From Acidilobaceae archaeon UBA158 (GTDB lineage Archaea; Thermoproteota; Thermoprotei_A; Sulfolobales; Acidilobaceae): DNA of 42,392 nucleotides. The stretch covers positions 17,600 through 59,991 of the forward strand of contig DAXV01000006.1 in the NCBI GenBank assembly GCA_002506595.1, given 5' to 3'. The notes under the pieces were generated by a model. The model saw nothing but the letters and a program-made list of their open reading frames with translations, searched no databases and was not told the origin of the DNA. Numbering within the stretch: position 1 is the stretch's first letter; the number at the start of each line of letters is the position of its first letter. A program made the translations under genes and the position numbers. Shown one piece after another: positions 1-15,200 of this stretch.

Positions 1-1047
1 ATCAAGACTAGGCTCGAAACAAGAGGTTGTTATCCCAGTTATCTTATTTATTACTTCATAAAGTTTATAGCCTAAAGCAAGCTTTGCTGATACATAAGCT
101 AATGGATATCCTGTTATCTTACTTGCTAAGGCTGATGATCTTGACATTCTTGGATTAGTTTCAATAACATAAATTTTATCACTATTAGGACTTAAAGCAA
201 ATTGCACATTGCTTTCTCCAATTAAATTTATGGAATCTGATACCCTCATAGACATGCTTCTCATAGTTTGATATTCACTATTATCAATAGTTTGACAAGG
301 AGAAATTACAACGCTTTCACCAGTATGCACACCCATTGGGTCTAGATTTTCTATGCATGCTATTACAGCCTTATTTCCAAAAGAATCTCTCATTACTTCA
401 TATTCCAGTTCTTTATAATGATAAAGGAATTTTTCCAATAATATTTCATGTATTTGACTTTGAGAAAATGCCTTATTTATCTTATTTTTTAACTCATTTT
501 CATCCCATGCAACAAAAGACCCCCTTCCTCCTAAATTATAGCTAACCCTTATCATTACAGGATAACCTAGCATTTTTGCCTTTTCAATAGCATCATTTTC
601 GTTATTAGATGTAAAGCTTTGAGGAACTGGAATATTATTATTAATCATTGTTTCTCTAAACTTTTCTCTACTTAATGCTTTTTTAATCCCTTCTATAGGA
701 GTTCCTAAAACCTTTATTCCATATTTATCGAAAATTTTATTTTCATATAATTCTATTCCAACGTTTAATGCAGTTTGCCCACCAAAGCCTATCATTATTC
801 CATCTGGTCTTTCTTTTTCTATTATATTACTTAAAAATCCAAAATTTATGGGAATCATATAAACCTTATCTGCCATTCTATAAGATGTTTGTATAGTTGC
901 TACATTAGGACTTATCAAAATTGTTTCTATTCCTTCTTCCCTAACTGCTTTTAAAGCTTGAGATCCTGAATAATCAAACTCAGCAGCTTCAGCGATCTTT
1001 ATTGGACCCGAACCTATAATAATTACTTTTTTAATTGTTTCTTTCAT
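1..1047 (-). CDS. carB: Carbamoyl-phosphate synthase large subunit, N-terminal part (runs off the window edge)
   Basis: Not in the ORF track. Manual translation from ATG at 1047 gives [54 protein letters not shown]..., later GFGGQTALN and [13 protein letters not shown], all CarB hallmarks. Overlaps the carA stop. Confidence 0.97.
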   Translation of the reverse strand, partial: MKETIKKVIIIGSGPIKIAEAAEFDYSGSQALKAVREEGIETILISPNVATIQTSYRMADKVYMIPINFGFLSNIIEKERPDGIMIGFGGQTALNVGIELYENKIFDKYGIKVLGTPIEGIKKALSREKFRETMINNNIPVPQSFTSNNENDAIEKAKMLGYPVMIRVSYNLGGRGSFVAWDENELKNKINKAFSQSQIHEILLEKFLYHYKELEYEVMRDSFGNKAVIACIENLDPMGVHTGESVVISPCQTIDNSEYQTMRSMSMRVSDSINLIGESNVQFALSPNSDKIYVIETNPRMSRSSALASKITGYPLAYVSAKLALGYKLYEVINKITGITTSCFEPSLD

Positions 1048-2149
1048 AATTTTTCACCATTTTTTCAAATTTTTCAAATATCCATAACGTATCTAAAGGA
1101 CCTGGTTTACCTTCTGGATGGAATTGAACAGAAAGTATATTCTTTTCTTCATTAACCCAACCTTCTATTATATTATCATCAGGACTAATAAACCAAGGTT
1201 TAACACTTTTAGGCAAATCTTTTATTGATAGAATCGCATACCCATGATTATGCGTTGTAATATAACTCATGCCAGTTATTAAATTAATAACAGGTTTATT
1301 TATCGCCCTATGACCATATTTCATCTTCTTAACTTTTCCTCCTAAGGCTAAAGTTCCAATTTGATGTCCTAAGCATATTCCTAATATTGGTACTCCATAT
1401 TCTATTGTTGAAATATAGGTATCAATTAATTTACTTAATAAATTAGGATTACCTGGTCCATTGCTAAAAACTATACCCTTTGGATCAAATTTCATTATTT
1501 CATTTATATTAGATTTGCAAGGAACTCTAATTATATTATAATGAAATGCATCATAAATACCTTTTAAAATTCCATGTTTTACTCCACAATCAACAACAAC
1601 TATGTTTTTATCGATTTCTCCTTTATGTATTATTATTTGCCTTGGAGAAGTAAATTCAGTAAAGTCTATATTATCATAATTATATCTTTCTAATTCTTTT
1701 AATTCAACACCAGATGAAATGATTCCAGGAACAACTCCTTGATCTCTAATCTTCTTAACAAGAAACCTCGTATCCACATTGCTTAAACCTGGAATTCCAT
1801 GATACGACAGCCATTCATGCAATGACATATAAGAGTTCCATTTATTGGGCTCAGTTTCTTCATCTACAATTAAACCTTCTACTTGAATGTTTTCAGATTC
1901 AAAGTTCTCAATGATATTATTATTCATTAACTTTATTTTAGGTACTCCATAGTTGCCCACTAATGGATGAGTTACAATTAATATCTGTCCTTTATAAGAA
2001 GGATCTGTTAGAGCTTCAGGATATCCATTCATCGTTGTTGTAAAAACGACCTCTCCAAATTTATAGCCAAAAGAACCAAAACCACAACCTTTAATAATTG
2101 TTCCATCGTATAAATATAGATATCCCTTTCTATTTCTTTTACATAACAT
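1031..2149 (-). CDS. carA: Carbamoyl-phosphate synthase small (glutaminase) subunit
   Basis: [36 protein letters not shown] (catalytic Cys) and QFHPE motifs. Start moved to ATG 2149, which follows a GGTGA Shine-Dalgarno (SD) site. Confidence 0.97.
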   Translation of the reverse strand: MLCKRNRKGYLYLYDGTIIKGCGFGSFGYKFGEVVFTTTMNGYPEALTDPSYKGQILIVTHPLVGNYGVPKIKLMNNNIIENFESENIQVEGLIVDEETEPNKWNSYMSLHEWLSYHGIPGLSNVDTRFLVKKIRDQGVVPGIISSGVELKELERYNYDNIDFTEFTSPRQIIIHKGEIDKNIVVVDCGVKHGILKGIYDAFHYNIIRVPCKSNINEIMKFDPKGIVFSNGPGNPNLLSKLIDTYISTIEYGVPILGICLGHQIGTLALGGKVKKMKYGHRAINKPVINLITGMSYITTHNHGYAILSIKDLPKSVKPWFISPDDNIIEGWVNEEKNILSVQFHPEGKPGPLDTLWIFEKFEKMVKNYERNN

Positions 2150-2516
2150 AATAATCACCATAAATTAAAAAAGAAATTATTTGATAAATTAAAAAAATAT
2201 AACTTAAAAACAAGATAAAGGAGTTCTCTTTTATATTCGCCCATATTACGATTTTATTTATAATGCCCACACATTTTATTGAATTAGGAAATATATAAAT
2301 TTTTCTTTATTTTCTTAGTTATTAAATAAGAAGTAATTTTGTGTAATAATAGAATACTATATATTTTAGATTTATGAAATTCCTTCATTTGAATAGATTG
2401 TGTTATATTTTAATTAGTTAATTATAACATAAATATTAGCATTACTTAACATTAATATAAATTCTTCATTTTTCATATATCAAAATAATAAATAATAAAA
2501 TTTATTAACTTTTATC

Positions 2517-3338
2517 ATGACCAAATTAAAAGAAGGTAAAATTATGAACATACTTCATGTATTATTATCAATCATAAATGACGATTATAACAAAAAAGAT
2601 AATAAAGAGAAAATATCCTTATATAATTCTCAAACATCTGAATATCATTCTAATTCAACCGCACTAAAAGTTTCGAGATTAAAAAAGATTAAGATTCTAA
2701 TTTTAGTAGCATTAATCCTTGCTGGTTCCATTACAATTATATATGGGATAGAGCTAATTAATGATACAATATGGATACCAGCTGTTTTTATGTCTTTAAA
2801 TGGAACCAGAATCATACCTGCAGGTGGCTTTATTACTCTTTCTACTTATCCATTATCTCTTGAAAACTATCTAACACCACGACCACATATCTATAGAGTT
2901 ATAGCCCATTGGAATATAACTTTTGATTCAACTCTGCAAGAACCTTCAACTGGGCCAATATTCGGAGTTATTGGATTTAAAAATGGAACGAAATTTGCAA
3001 CCTATGGACTTCCTAACAGAATTAATTGGACAAGTATAGTAATTAACCATAACAGTACTCTTTTAATTACCACTTCTAATAATACTATAGGCAATGTAAA
3101 CGGTTACATTATTGGTTTTGCAAAACTCACATTTTCCGTTCCATTAAAAGATGCAGGATTAGGATTTGTCTGGGTTAATCCAAATCAATCACCAATAATT
3201 TTTAACTCTGGGGAATTAACCTTGGAGGCAGAATATCATCCCTATACTCAGACAGGACTTAATTTCATAATTTTCGGTATTATTTTTAATGTTCTCACTA
3301 TTATAGTATATATTTTAATACAACTCAATCTCAAATAA
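2517..3338 (+). CDS. Hypothetical membrane/surface protein with two TM segments
   Basis: 273-aa ORF with hydrophobic stretches ILILVALILAGSITIIYGI and LNFIIFGIIFNVLTIIVYILI flanking a Thr/Asn/aromatic-rich domain. Start codon uncertain. Confidence 0.7.
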   Translation: MTKLKEGKIMNILHVLLSIINDDYNKKDNKEKISLYNSQTSEYHSNSTALKVSRLKKIKILILVALILAGSITIIYGIELINDTIWIPAVFMSLNGTRIIPAGGFITLSTYPLSLENYLTPRPHIYRVIAHWNITFDSTLQEPSTGPIFGVIGFKNGTKFATYGLPNRINWTSIVINHNSTLLITTSNNTIGNVNGYIIGFAKLTFSVPLKDAGLGFVWVNPNQSPIIFNSGELTLEAEYHPYTQTGLNFIIFGIIFNVLTIIVYILIQLNLK

Positions 3339-3752
3339 TTTTTTAAAATTATATTATTAAGATAATTTATTAATACCTAAAAGCTTAAATAATAAATAAA
3401 AACCTTAAGATTTTAAAAAGGCTATTAGTATATTTATTTTTATTTCAATTGCAAAATTCTTATTATATGAAATAATCATAATTAATAAAAGGTTACCTTA
3501 ATGTAATACTTTAATAAACAATTGTATTAAATCAATATAGGTCTAAATTCGATATATTAATAGATATTATCATATAAACAAAGCTTCACCATAAAGCGTT
3601 AAAAGAAACTATATTTAAAATAATAATCAAAACTTTCTCTTAATTTATTCATAAACATATTTAAATATAATTTATATCATTAAAATACTATTATTATAAT
3701 TATACTATAACATGTTCTATTTCATAAAAGTCTTAACCATAAAAATTAACTA

Positions 3753-3838
3753 CGCCGGGGGCGGGATTTGAACCCGCGTGTCCCTTACGGGACAGTAGGT
3801 CTCCAGCCTACCCCCTTAGGCCGCTCGGGCACCCCGGC
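3753..3838 (-). tRNA. tRNA-Ser(GGA)
   Basis: Reverse complement folds as a cloverleaf: acceptor GCCGGGG, anticodon arm GTAGG-CTGGAGA-CCTAC, long variable arm TGTCCC-GTAA-GGGACA, T-loop TTCAAAT. CCA not encoded. Confidence 0.97.
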
Positions 3839-3902
3839 TCAATAATTAAATCTATAGACTAAGATTTAAAAACATAACATTTTAAAATTAGTTAATATAA
3901 AT

Positions 3903-4223
3903 TTATTTTCCAGACTTTATTTCAATGTAAACATCAGGTGGCACTTGTATTCTCATTAATCTCCTCAATACCCTTTCATCAGCCTCTATATCAATTAATC
4001 TTTTGTGTATTCTCATTTCCCAATGTTCCCAGTGCTTACTACCTTCTCCATGAGGCAATCTTAATAAAGGTATTTCTAATCTTTTTGTTGGTAATGGTAT
4101 TGGACCTCTAATAGGCACACCAGTTTTTTGTGCTATTTCTCTAATTTGATTTACTACTGATTCTAAGCTTTTTACATTGGTGCTCCATAGCCATATTCTT
4201 ACTTTGAATGCCAAATCTGCCAC
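3903..4223 (-). CDS. rps10: 30S ribosomal protein S10 (uS10)
   Basis: [11 protein letters not shown] and [15 protein letters not shown] motifs, directly downstream of tuf. True start may be TTG at 4214. Confidence 0.97.
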   Translation of the reverse strand: MADLAFKVRIWLWSTNVKSLESVVNQIREIAQKTGVPIRGPIPLPTKRLEIPLLRLPHGEGSKHWEHWEMRIHKRLIDIEADERVLRRLMRIQVPPDVYIEIKSGK

Positions 4224-4242
4224 CGATTATTATTTAGCTGTT

Positions 4243-5553
4243 TTATTTCTTAATCTCTATCTTTGCCGGCTTAACCTCTGTAACTATACCTATACCAACT
4301 GTTCTGTTCATATCTCTCATAGCGAATCTTCCTAATTGTGGGAAGTCGCTGTATTTTTCAACAACTACTGGTTTTATTGGCTTGAATCTTATCATAGCTA
4401 CATCACCAGCTTTTAAGAATTGCGGGTTCTTTTCAACTTCTTTACCAGTTCTTGGATCTAATTTTGATATTATCTCGGTTACCTTAGCGCTAACTGTAGC
4501 CGTGTGCACGTGAATAACTGGTGTATAGCCTACTGCTATAGCGCTTGGATGCCAAACTACGAATACTCTTGCAATAAATTCATCAGCAACTGTTGGTGGT
4601 GCATCATAAGGACCTACTACATCTCCTCTCTTTATTTGACTTTTTTCAACACCTCTAACTGAGAATCCTATGTTGTCTCCGGGCTCTGCTTTCTGCAAAT
4701 CTTGATAATGCATCTGTATACTCCTTACTTCTCCTCCAACGCCTGCTGGCATGAATATTACTTTATCTCCTACTTTCATAACACCTGTTTCAACTCTTCC
4801 TACTGGAACAGTACCAGCGCCTGGAATCGTATAGACATTTTGAACAGGCAATCTTAGTGGTTTATCTACTGGCTTTGGAGGTATCTGCAAGTTATCGAAT
4901 GCCTCTACTAATATTGGCCCTTTATACCAAGGCATGTTAGGACTTCTTTCAATTATGTTGTCTCCAGTCCATGCACTTACTGGAACAAATGGTATGGCAT
5001 CAACATTATAACCTAAACCTTTCATAAATTTCTTTAATGTGTTTGCGATTTCTTCGTATCTCTTTTGATCATAATTAACATCTGGTGCATCCATTTTATT
5101 AACTGCAACTATCATTTGGTCAATGCCCAATGTTTTTGCTAATAATAAGTGTTCTCTAGTCTGTCCTTCAGGGCTCATACCTGCTTCAAATTCACCTTTT
5201 CTTGATGATACGACTAACATAGCAGCATCAGCTTGGCTTGCACCGGTTATCATATTTTTAACGAAGTCCCTATGACCTGGGGCATCTATTATAGTGAAAA
5301 CATATTTCTTAGTTTCGAATTTCATAAATGATAAGTCTATTGTTATACCTCTTTCTCTCTCCTCTTTCATTTTATCTAATATCCATGCATATTTGAATGA
5401 TTCTTTACCTGCATTCTTTGCTTGTTCTTCTAATTCCCTCATTTTCTTTTCATCGACAATACCTAATCTATATAATAAATGTCCAGTTAATGTGCTCTTA
5501 CCATGATCTATGTGCCCTATTACTACTAAATTTAAGTGCGGCTTCTCAGGCAT
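4243..5553 (-). CDS. tuf: Translation elongation factor EF-1 alpha
   Basis: GHIDHGKST, ERERGITID, DAPGHRDFVKNMITG, NKMD and LGRFAMRDM motifs. Confidence 0.99.
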   Translation of the reverse strand: MPEKPHLNLVVIGHIDHGKSTLTGHLLYRLGIVDEKKMRELEEQAKNAGKESFKYAWILDKMKEERERGITIDLSFMKFETKKYVFTIIDAPGHRDFVKNMITGASQADAAMLVVSSRKGEFEAGMSPEGQTREHLLLAKTLGIDQMIVAVNKMDAPDVNYDQKRYEEIANTLKKFMKGLGYNVDAIPFVPVSAWTGDNIIERSPNMPWYKGPILVEAFDNLQIPPKPVDKPLRLPVQNVYTIPGAGTVPVGRVETGVMKVGDKVIFMPAGVGGEVRSIQMHYQDLQKAEPGDNIGFSVRGVEKSQIKRGDVVGPYDAPPTVADEFIARVFVVWHPSAIAVGYTPVIHVHTATVSAKVTEIISKLDPRTGKEVEKNPQFLKAGDVAMIRFKPIKPVVVEKYSDFPQLGRFAMRDMNRTVGIGIVTEVKPAKIEIKK

Positions 5554-5686
5554 GCATTTACACCTCTCTTATTTATCGTTTTCCCTCATTTTAAGCTTAA
5601 ACAGGGATTTAAAAATACTATGGTTAATAAATCCATGAATTTTTAATGAGTAAAATAAAATAATAATATAACCCAAATAAAAGGGT

Positions 5687-6310
5687 TTATCTTGAACTTA
5701 GAGCTATTCTTTCTATTTCTTCTTTTTGTTTAATAGAATAGCTTTGTGGATCATTCTTTGCGGCTAACAGAATTTCTTCAGCCAAACATTGCTCTATAGG
5801 CTTTACCTTACCAAAAGAGCATTCTCTAGCTCCCTCTGTTATAAATCTAATTGCTAAATCTACTCTACGCTGTGAAGAGACATCTACTGAAACTCTATAG
5901 ACTATACCTCCATACATAATCCTTGTTGTTTCTTCTCTAGGGGCCGAGTTTTCTATAGCCCTTACAAATACTTGTATTGGATTTTCTTTAGTTTCTAAAT
6001 GTATTATATCAAAAGCGTTTCTTACTATATTATATGCCATCATCTTTTTGCCTCCATTTTTTCCGGGATACATCAATCTATTAATTAATCTTTCTACAAT
6101 GTTTACTTCTGCCTTACCAAATCTCTTATGTTCATGTCTTCCTCCACTATGAGGCAAATAAGTTGGCTTAAGACTTATATACTTCTTTAAGCTTGGATCT
6201 CTAATTTCAATTCCCTCCCATGACCATTTATCAAATAATTTTATCTCATTTAAACCGCTTCCTATTTTGTCTATATCTGGTAGTTGCGTTTGACTACTCA
6301 ATTCTCTCAC
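5687..6310 (-). CDS. rps7: 30S ribosomal protein S7 (uS7)
   Basis: [37 protein letters not shown] and [12 protein letters not shown]. Start may be TTG at 6301. Confidence 0.98.
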   Translation of the reverse strand: MRELSSQTQLPDIDKIGSGLNEIKLFDKWSWEGIEIRDPSLKKYISLKPTYLPHSGGRHEHKRFGKAEVNIVERLINRLMYPGKNGGKKMMAYNIVRNAFDIIHLETKENPIQVFVRAIENSAPREETTRIMYGGIVYRVSVDVSSQRRVDLAIRFITEGARECSFGKVKPIEQCLAEEILLAAKNDPQSYSIKQKEEIERIALSSR

Positions 6311-6440
6311 TCCTTATTATTTATAAAGAGTTTAGTTTTTAAAAATATTGTTTCTAGCATTTTCTATAGAGAAATTGTTTAATACAAGCTTTAAACTTAA
6401 GAATTTTAGTCTATAATATGATACAAGCGAGGGAATTAGT

Positions 6441-6944
6441 TTGAGTGAAAATCTACTTAGGGTGACAAATGTACAAACATATTATAAAGTTATACAAGAT
6501 ATGGGTAGTGGATTTGGTACATATATAATTGGCATGACATTATCCCTAGAAGATGGAAGAATGTTTTCATTAGTTAACATTCCTGCAGATGTCGCAGAAG
6601 CAATTAGAATATACAATGATGGTGAAGTTCCTCCTAGAAGGCAATCTTTATTTTCTTTTTTAATGAATCATGAAGAATTCAAGGATTTAATAGGAAAAAC
6701 GTTAAAAAGAGTTATTATTGATGAACTTGATTCAACGAATGGGCTTTATACAGCATCTGTTGAATTCGAATCAGAAGGATTAAATATAAGCATAAAAATG
6801 ATACCTAGTCATGCAATATACTTGGGTATTATTTCTGGTAAACCAATTTATGTATCAAAAAAGCTTGCTGATATGGAAGAACAAAATCAAGAACGAGGAG
6901 ATAAAGATGATGAAGGCGACAATGATGAAGGTGAAGATCAATAA
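6441..6944 (+). CDS. Bifunctional nuclease (DUF151/BFN) family protein with acidic tail
   Basis: AEAI...PPRRQSL...RVIIDEL...GLYTA...MIPSHAIYLG...KPIYV follows the DUF151 pattern. C-terminal tail is Asp/Glu-rich. Confidence 0.8.
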   Translation: MSENLLRVTNVQTYYKVIQDMGSGFGTYIIGMTLSLEDGRMFSLVNIPADVAEAIRIYNDGEVPPRRQSLFSFLMNHEEFKDLIGKTLKRVIIDELDSTNGLYTASVEFESEGLNISIKMIPSHAIYLGIISGKPIYVSKKLADMEEQNQERGDKDDEGDNDEGEDQ

Positions 6945-6980
6945 TTATAAACGATTAAAATTTTTGTAAAGAAATATTTG

Positions 6981-7424
6981 CTATCTCTTAACTTTCTGCT
7001 TCTTCCCTTTCCATAAAGCATCTAAGGAAACTCCATTTACCATAACTACTTTATATCTTACTCCAGGTATATCACCTAAGGAGCCTCCCTTAGGTCCTCC
7101 TATACCTTCTATTATAACTTCATCATGCTCATCAATATATAGCACTCCACCATCTTTTGGAACAAAAGCTGTAACAACTTTTTTATTTTTAATCAATTGG
7201 CACCTAACGCACTTTCTTAACGCTGAATTAGGCTGTCTTGATTCAACACCAACCTTCTCCAATACTATAGCCCTTGCCATTGGAGATCCTTCTAAAGGAT
7301 CATATTTTTCAGTTAACTTGAGCATTCTTCTTTTATATTCTTTCTGAGACCATTTAAATTTCATTCTCTTCTTTCTTAATTGCCTCGCTGCAAATAGTCC
7401 ATTAGGTGATTTTCCTTCACCCAT
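6981..7424 (-). CDS. rps12: 30S ribosomal protein S12 (uS12)
   Basis: [19 protein letters not shown] and [11 protein letters not shown]. Confidence 0.98.
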   Translation of the reverse strand: MGEGKSPNGLFAARQLRKKRMKFKWSQKEYKRRMLKLTEKYDPLEGSPMARAIVLEKVGVESRQPNSALRKCVRCQLIKNKKVVTAFVPKDGGVLYIDEHDEVIIEGIGGPKGGSLGDIPGVRYKVVMVNGVSLDALWKGKKQKVKR

Positions 7425-7481
7425 TATTTGTCACCGCTCTAGCATATCCTAAGTATCTATTCCTAGAATATAAACTTTGTT

Positions 7482-7919
7482 TCATTTTACAACAACCTTT
7501 TCAATGCCATAAAGCTTGCTCAATATTATTTTGGCTCTTTTTACATTTTTTCCATCTTTTCCTATAGCCTTACCTTTTTCATCATCTTTGACCTTTATAT
7601 ACAATGTTTTCATATTATCTTTATCTATTAAATCAACCTTCAATATCGTTATCCCAGGAAATAAATTCTTTGCCATTTCTTCTATTTTATCTGAATACTC
7701 TACTATTTCAATATTTTTATTCAATATTTTGGATAAAGATTTTACATTTTTTCCATCTTTTCCTATAGCCTTACCTAGATCGTTTTTACCTACTAAATAA
7801 AATACTCTGTTTGATTCGTTGTCTGAAATACATCTATAAGCCATAGCCCCAGTCAGATCTTGAAACAAAGATAAATATCTAAGTTCTTCTAAATCTATTC
7901 TATCCCCATTATTTTCCAT
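7482..7919 (-). CDS. nusA: Archaeal NusA (two KH domains)
   Basis: Two GKAIGKDGKNVK KH motifs and the conserved position between rpl30e and rps12. Start moved to ATG 7919 to remove the overlap with rpl30e. Confidence 0.95.
   Translation of the reverse strand: MENNGDRIDLEELRYLSLFQDLTGAMAYRCISDNESNRVFYLVGKNDLGKAIGKDGKNVKSLSKILNKNIEIVEYSDKIEEMAKNLFPGITILKVDLIDKDNMKTLYIKVKDDEKGKAIGKDGKNVKRAKIILSKLYGIEKVVVK
7539..7776. repeat. Perfect 37-nt direct repeat inside nusA (7539-7575 and 7740-7776)
   Basis: ttttacattttttccatcttttcctatagccttacct occurs twice, 201 nt apart, and encodes both KH GxxG loops. Confidence 0.9.
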
Positions 7920-7929
7920 TACTTGCACC

Positions 7930-8238
7930 CTAAGACGTGCCAACAAGATCAAGTATTCTTGATTCACCAGTATCAATAATGCTTATTGACGATACCTTAA
8001 AAGGCTTACCTAATAATGCCCCCAATTCTATTGATGTACCTTTAAAAACATATATTGGTATATTTGATAGCTTTGCATTATTTTCTATCTTAGACCGATA
8101 ACTTTGAGGGATATTATCAGCTATTATTACCATTTTTGCTTCTCCTCTTAATACTGATTTTATTGTCTTGCTTACACCTAAATAATATTTACCGCTTTTA
8201 GTTAAGTTCTTTAATTCTTTTTCCAGCGAGACAGACAT
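7930..8238 (-). CDS. rpl30e: 50S ribosomal protein L30e
   Basis: KSGKYYLG, AKMVIIADN and GTSIELGALLGKPFKVS. Confidence 0.97.
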   Translation of the reverse strand: MSVSLEKELKNLTKSGKYYLGVSKTIKSVLRGEAKMVIIADNIPQSYRSKIENNAKLSNIPIYVFKGTSIELGALLGKPFKVSSISIIDTGESRILDLVGTS

Positions 8239-8272
8239 ATTTTTTCCCTCGCTCTAATCTGTAAGTTCCTAC

Positions 8273-12216
<3,944 letters not shown>

Positions 12217-12218
12217 CT

Positions 12219-15200
12219 TTAAGCACCTCCATTTTCTACATTTTCTTTTATTTTATTATCAGAATTTTCATCACTTTTAGATGAATTATTACCTTGTAAT
12301 TCTAATTCACCTGTTATTTTTTTCATTACACTTATTTTATCAGAAACTTTAATCTCGGGCTTCACGCCCATACTAATAATTTCCTGTAAAAATAATTTGA
12401 AAGCATAAGGAACCTTTATAGGCCTTATATCTCCGGAATCTCCATGAATTGGACATTCATAAACTCCTCTCTTGCTATTATACCATGCGATGTGGCCACA
12501 TAAATTACAAACGTGCATCACGTATAAATCGCTATTTTCAAGCATTCTATCTCTGAGCATCATTGTTGCTCCATATCCTACTAAGCAGTCTCTTTCCATT
12601 TCCCCAAATCTTAAACCTCCTTGTCTTGCTTTACCTTCCGTTGGTTGTCTTGTCAATAGTTGAACTTTTCCTGTTGCCCTTGCATGCATCTTATCAGAAA
12701 CCATATGATATAGTCTTTGATAAAATGCAATACCTATTGTTATTGTATTTTCAATAAGCCTTCCTGTTCTCCCATCATACATTACTTCCTTGCTATTGGG
12801 ATCGAATCCTTTCTTAACTAATACTAGTTGCAAATTATTAATATCTTCCTTATAAAATGGCGTGCCATCAACATACCTACCTAATAATGCTCCAGCCTTT
12901 GCTGAAACTAACTCCAATAATTGTCCGACTGTCATTCTTGATGGTATACCATGAGGATTAACTATAATATCTGGGGTTATACCATCTTCTGTATAAGGCA
13001 TATCGTATCTTGGGAATAACATGCCAACAACTCCTTTCTGTCCATGCCTGCTTGCAAACTTATCTCCAAGTTCTGGTATTCTTAAGTCTCTTACTTTAAC
13101 TTTTACTAGCTTGTTTCTTTCAGATGTCTGGCTTATTATAACAGTATCAACTACACCGCTTTCTCCATACCTTAATTGTACACTTGTATCTCTCTTTGAT
13201 AAAACCCCTGGACCAATAACTCTTTCCTCTCCAATAAATCTTGGAGGACTTTCTCTACCAACTAAAACGTCTCCACCCACAACTTCAGCTTCTGGCTCGA
13301 CAATTCCATCAGGTCCTAATTTTGTATAATATTGATCTCCCTTATGATCATATAATTTAGGTGATGGAACTGTTATTCTGTCGCTTAAGCCTCCTGGATA
13401 ATCATTTTCTGTTGCAGCATAAACTCTGAAGAAATGGGCCCTACCTAGGCCCATATCTATACTTGTTTTGTTAAATATAATAGCGTCTTCAATATTATAT
13501 CCAGTAAACGACATAAATGCTACTATAAAGTTCTGTCCAGAAGGTCTTTGATTGTAACCCATCTCCTCTAAGTGCCTTGTTTGAACTATCGGTTTCTGTG
13601 GGTAATGCAATAAATAGCCATGGCTATCCATCCTTAAGTTATAGTTTAAAGCATATATTCCTAATGCCTGCTTTGCCATTGCTGATTGATATGTATTTCT
13701 TGGACTTTGATTATGCTCTAAAAATGGTATAGTTGAGGCAGCAACACCAAATATGCCTGCAACCCATAATTCTAAATGTGTTGTATCTTTATTTATATCT
13801 TCTATACGTTCTGCAACATATGCATTTTCTTCTTCATCTGGATCAATGAATTCAATTATCCCCATTCTAACTAAATTCCAAAAACTTAACTCACCACTTT
13901 TAACTTTATTAATTATTTCTTTTGTAAGTTTAGGCTCACCGTTATCAACAACTATTAAAGGTCTTAATAATCTTCCCTCATCTGTATTTATATAAACTTC
14001 ATTAGAATTCTCTCCTTTTATTAATGAAATGCCTAGTTCAAAGCTTAATTCTCCTTTCCTTCTCATTGCTCTTAATTTCTTAACTAATTCTTCTCCATTT
14101 TCAACGTAACCAATTGGGCTTCCATTTAAAAATACCTTCGCTCCATTGTTTACCAAATTTGCAATGCTATTATTATCCTCTGATGACATCTTTATTATAT
14201 CATCCATTAAAATAACTCCTTGATTTCTCAAAAGCCTTTCTACTTCTTGTTCATCTACTCCTACTGAAATATATGTCATTAAAGCCAAATTCTTGACTAA
14301 ACCACAGTTTATGCCTTCAGGCGTTTCAAATGGACATAATCTGCCCCAATGTGTGCCATGTAAATCTCTTGCTTCGAAATGAGTTTGGCCTCTACTTAAT
14401 GGTGATATAACCCTTCTTAAATGACTCAATAAACTAATCCAATTAGTCCTATCTAATGCTTGACTCACACCAGTTCTATTCTGAGTCCAATTACCTGTTG
14501 CTAATGCTGCTCTTAATCTTTCAGTTATAATATCTGACCTAACCAAAAATCTTAATCTTAATTTTTTGCGTTGGCTTATATATTCTTCTAATTGGCTTGA
14601 TACTGTATTAACAAATTGTTGAAATGCATCTCTAAATATTTCTGCTATTAAATCACCAGCCAACCTTAACCTTTTATTTGAATAATGGTCTTTATCGTCT
14701 TCGCCTCTCTTATTTAAATATAATTGTAAAACCCTATTCGCCATTTCACCTAAGAAATAGGCTTTCTTTTTCCTATCTTCTGGTTTGCTTCCTAAATGCG
14801 GTAAGAATTGATTATCTATGAAATCTTCTGCTCTAGCAATTCTTATCTCTCTAGGCTGACCAGGAGCTAATCTATTTCCTATATATTCTAACGCATCTTC
14901 AGTTGTCTTAATTGTAAAAGCAACCTTTTCAAAGCTTGGTAAAAGTTCCCTTTGCACGTCAGGATCAAAAGAAACAGATGCTGCAATTTCTGCATCTTTT
15001 TCTAATCCTAAGGCTTTCATCATTACAACAAATGGTATTCTATAGCCTAATCTACTCATACTTAATTCAAGTGTACCATCATTCATTCTATCAACTATTA
15101 CTTGTCTTCTTAAACCTAATACAGTTGAAACAACTTTTGCAGTATGTGTTATCTTAGCGGTATTAGCTGTTGAAAGGCCTACAATAATTCTATTAACTGC

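Noticed and set aside
3339-3752. Long AT-rich intergenic region as a possible replication origin or CRISPR leader
   Set aside because: No ORB-like motifs, no cdc6/whiP gene nearby, and no repeat-spacer array.
12219-12320. Low-complexity C-terminal extension of RpoB
   Set aside because: A short, probably disordered tail with no repeat structure, so there is no support for a CTD-like function.
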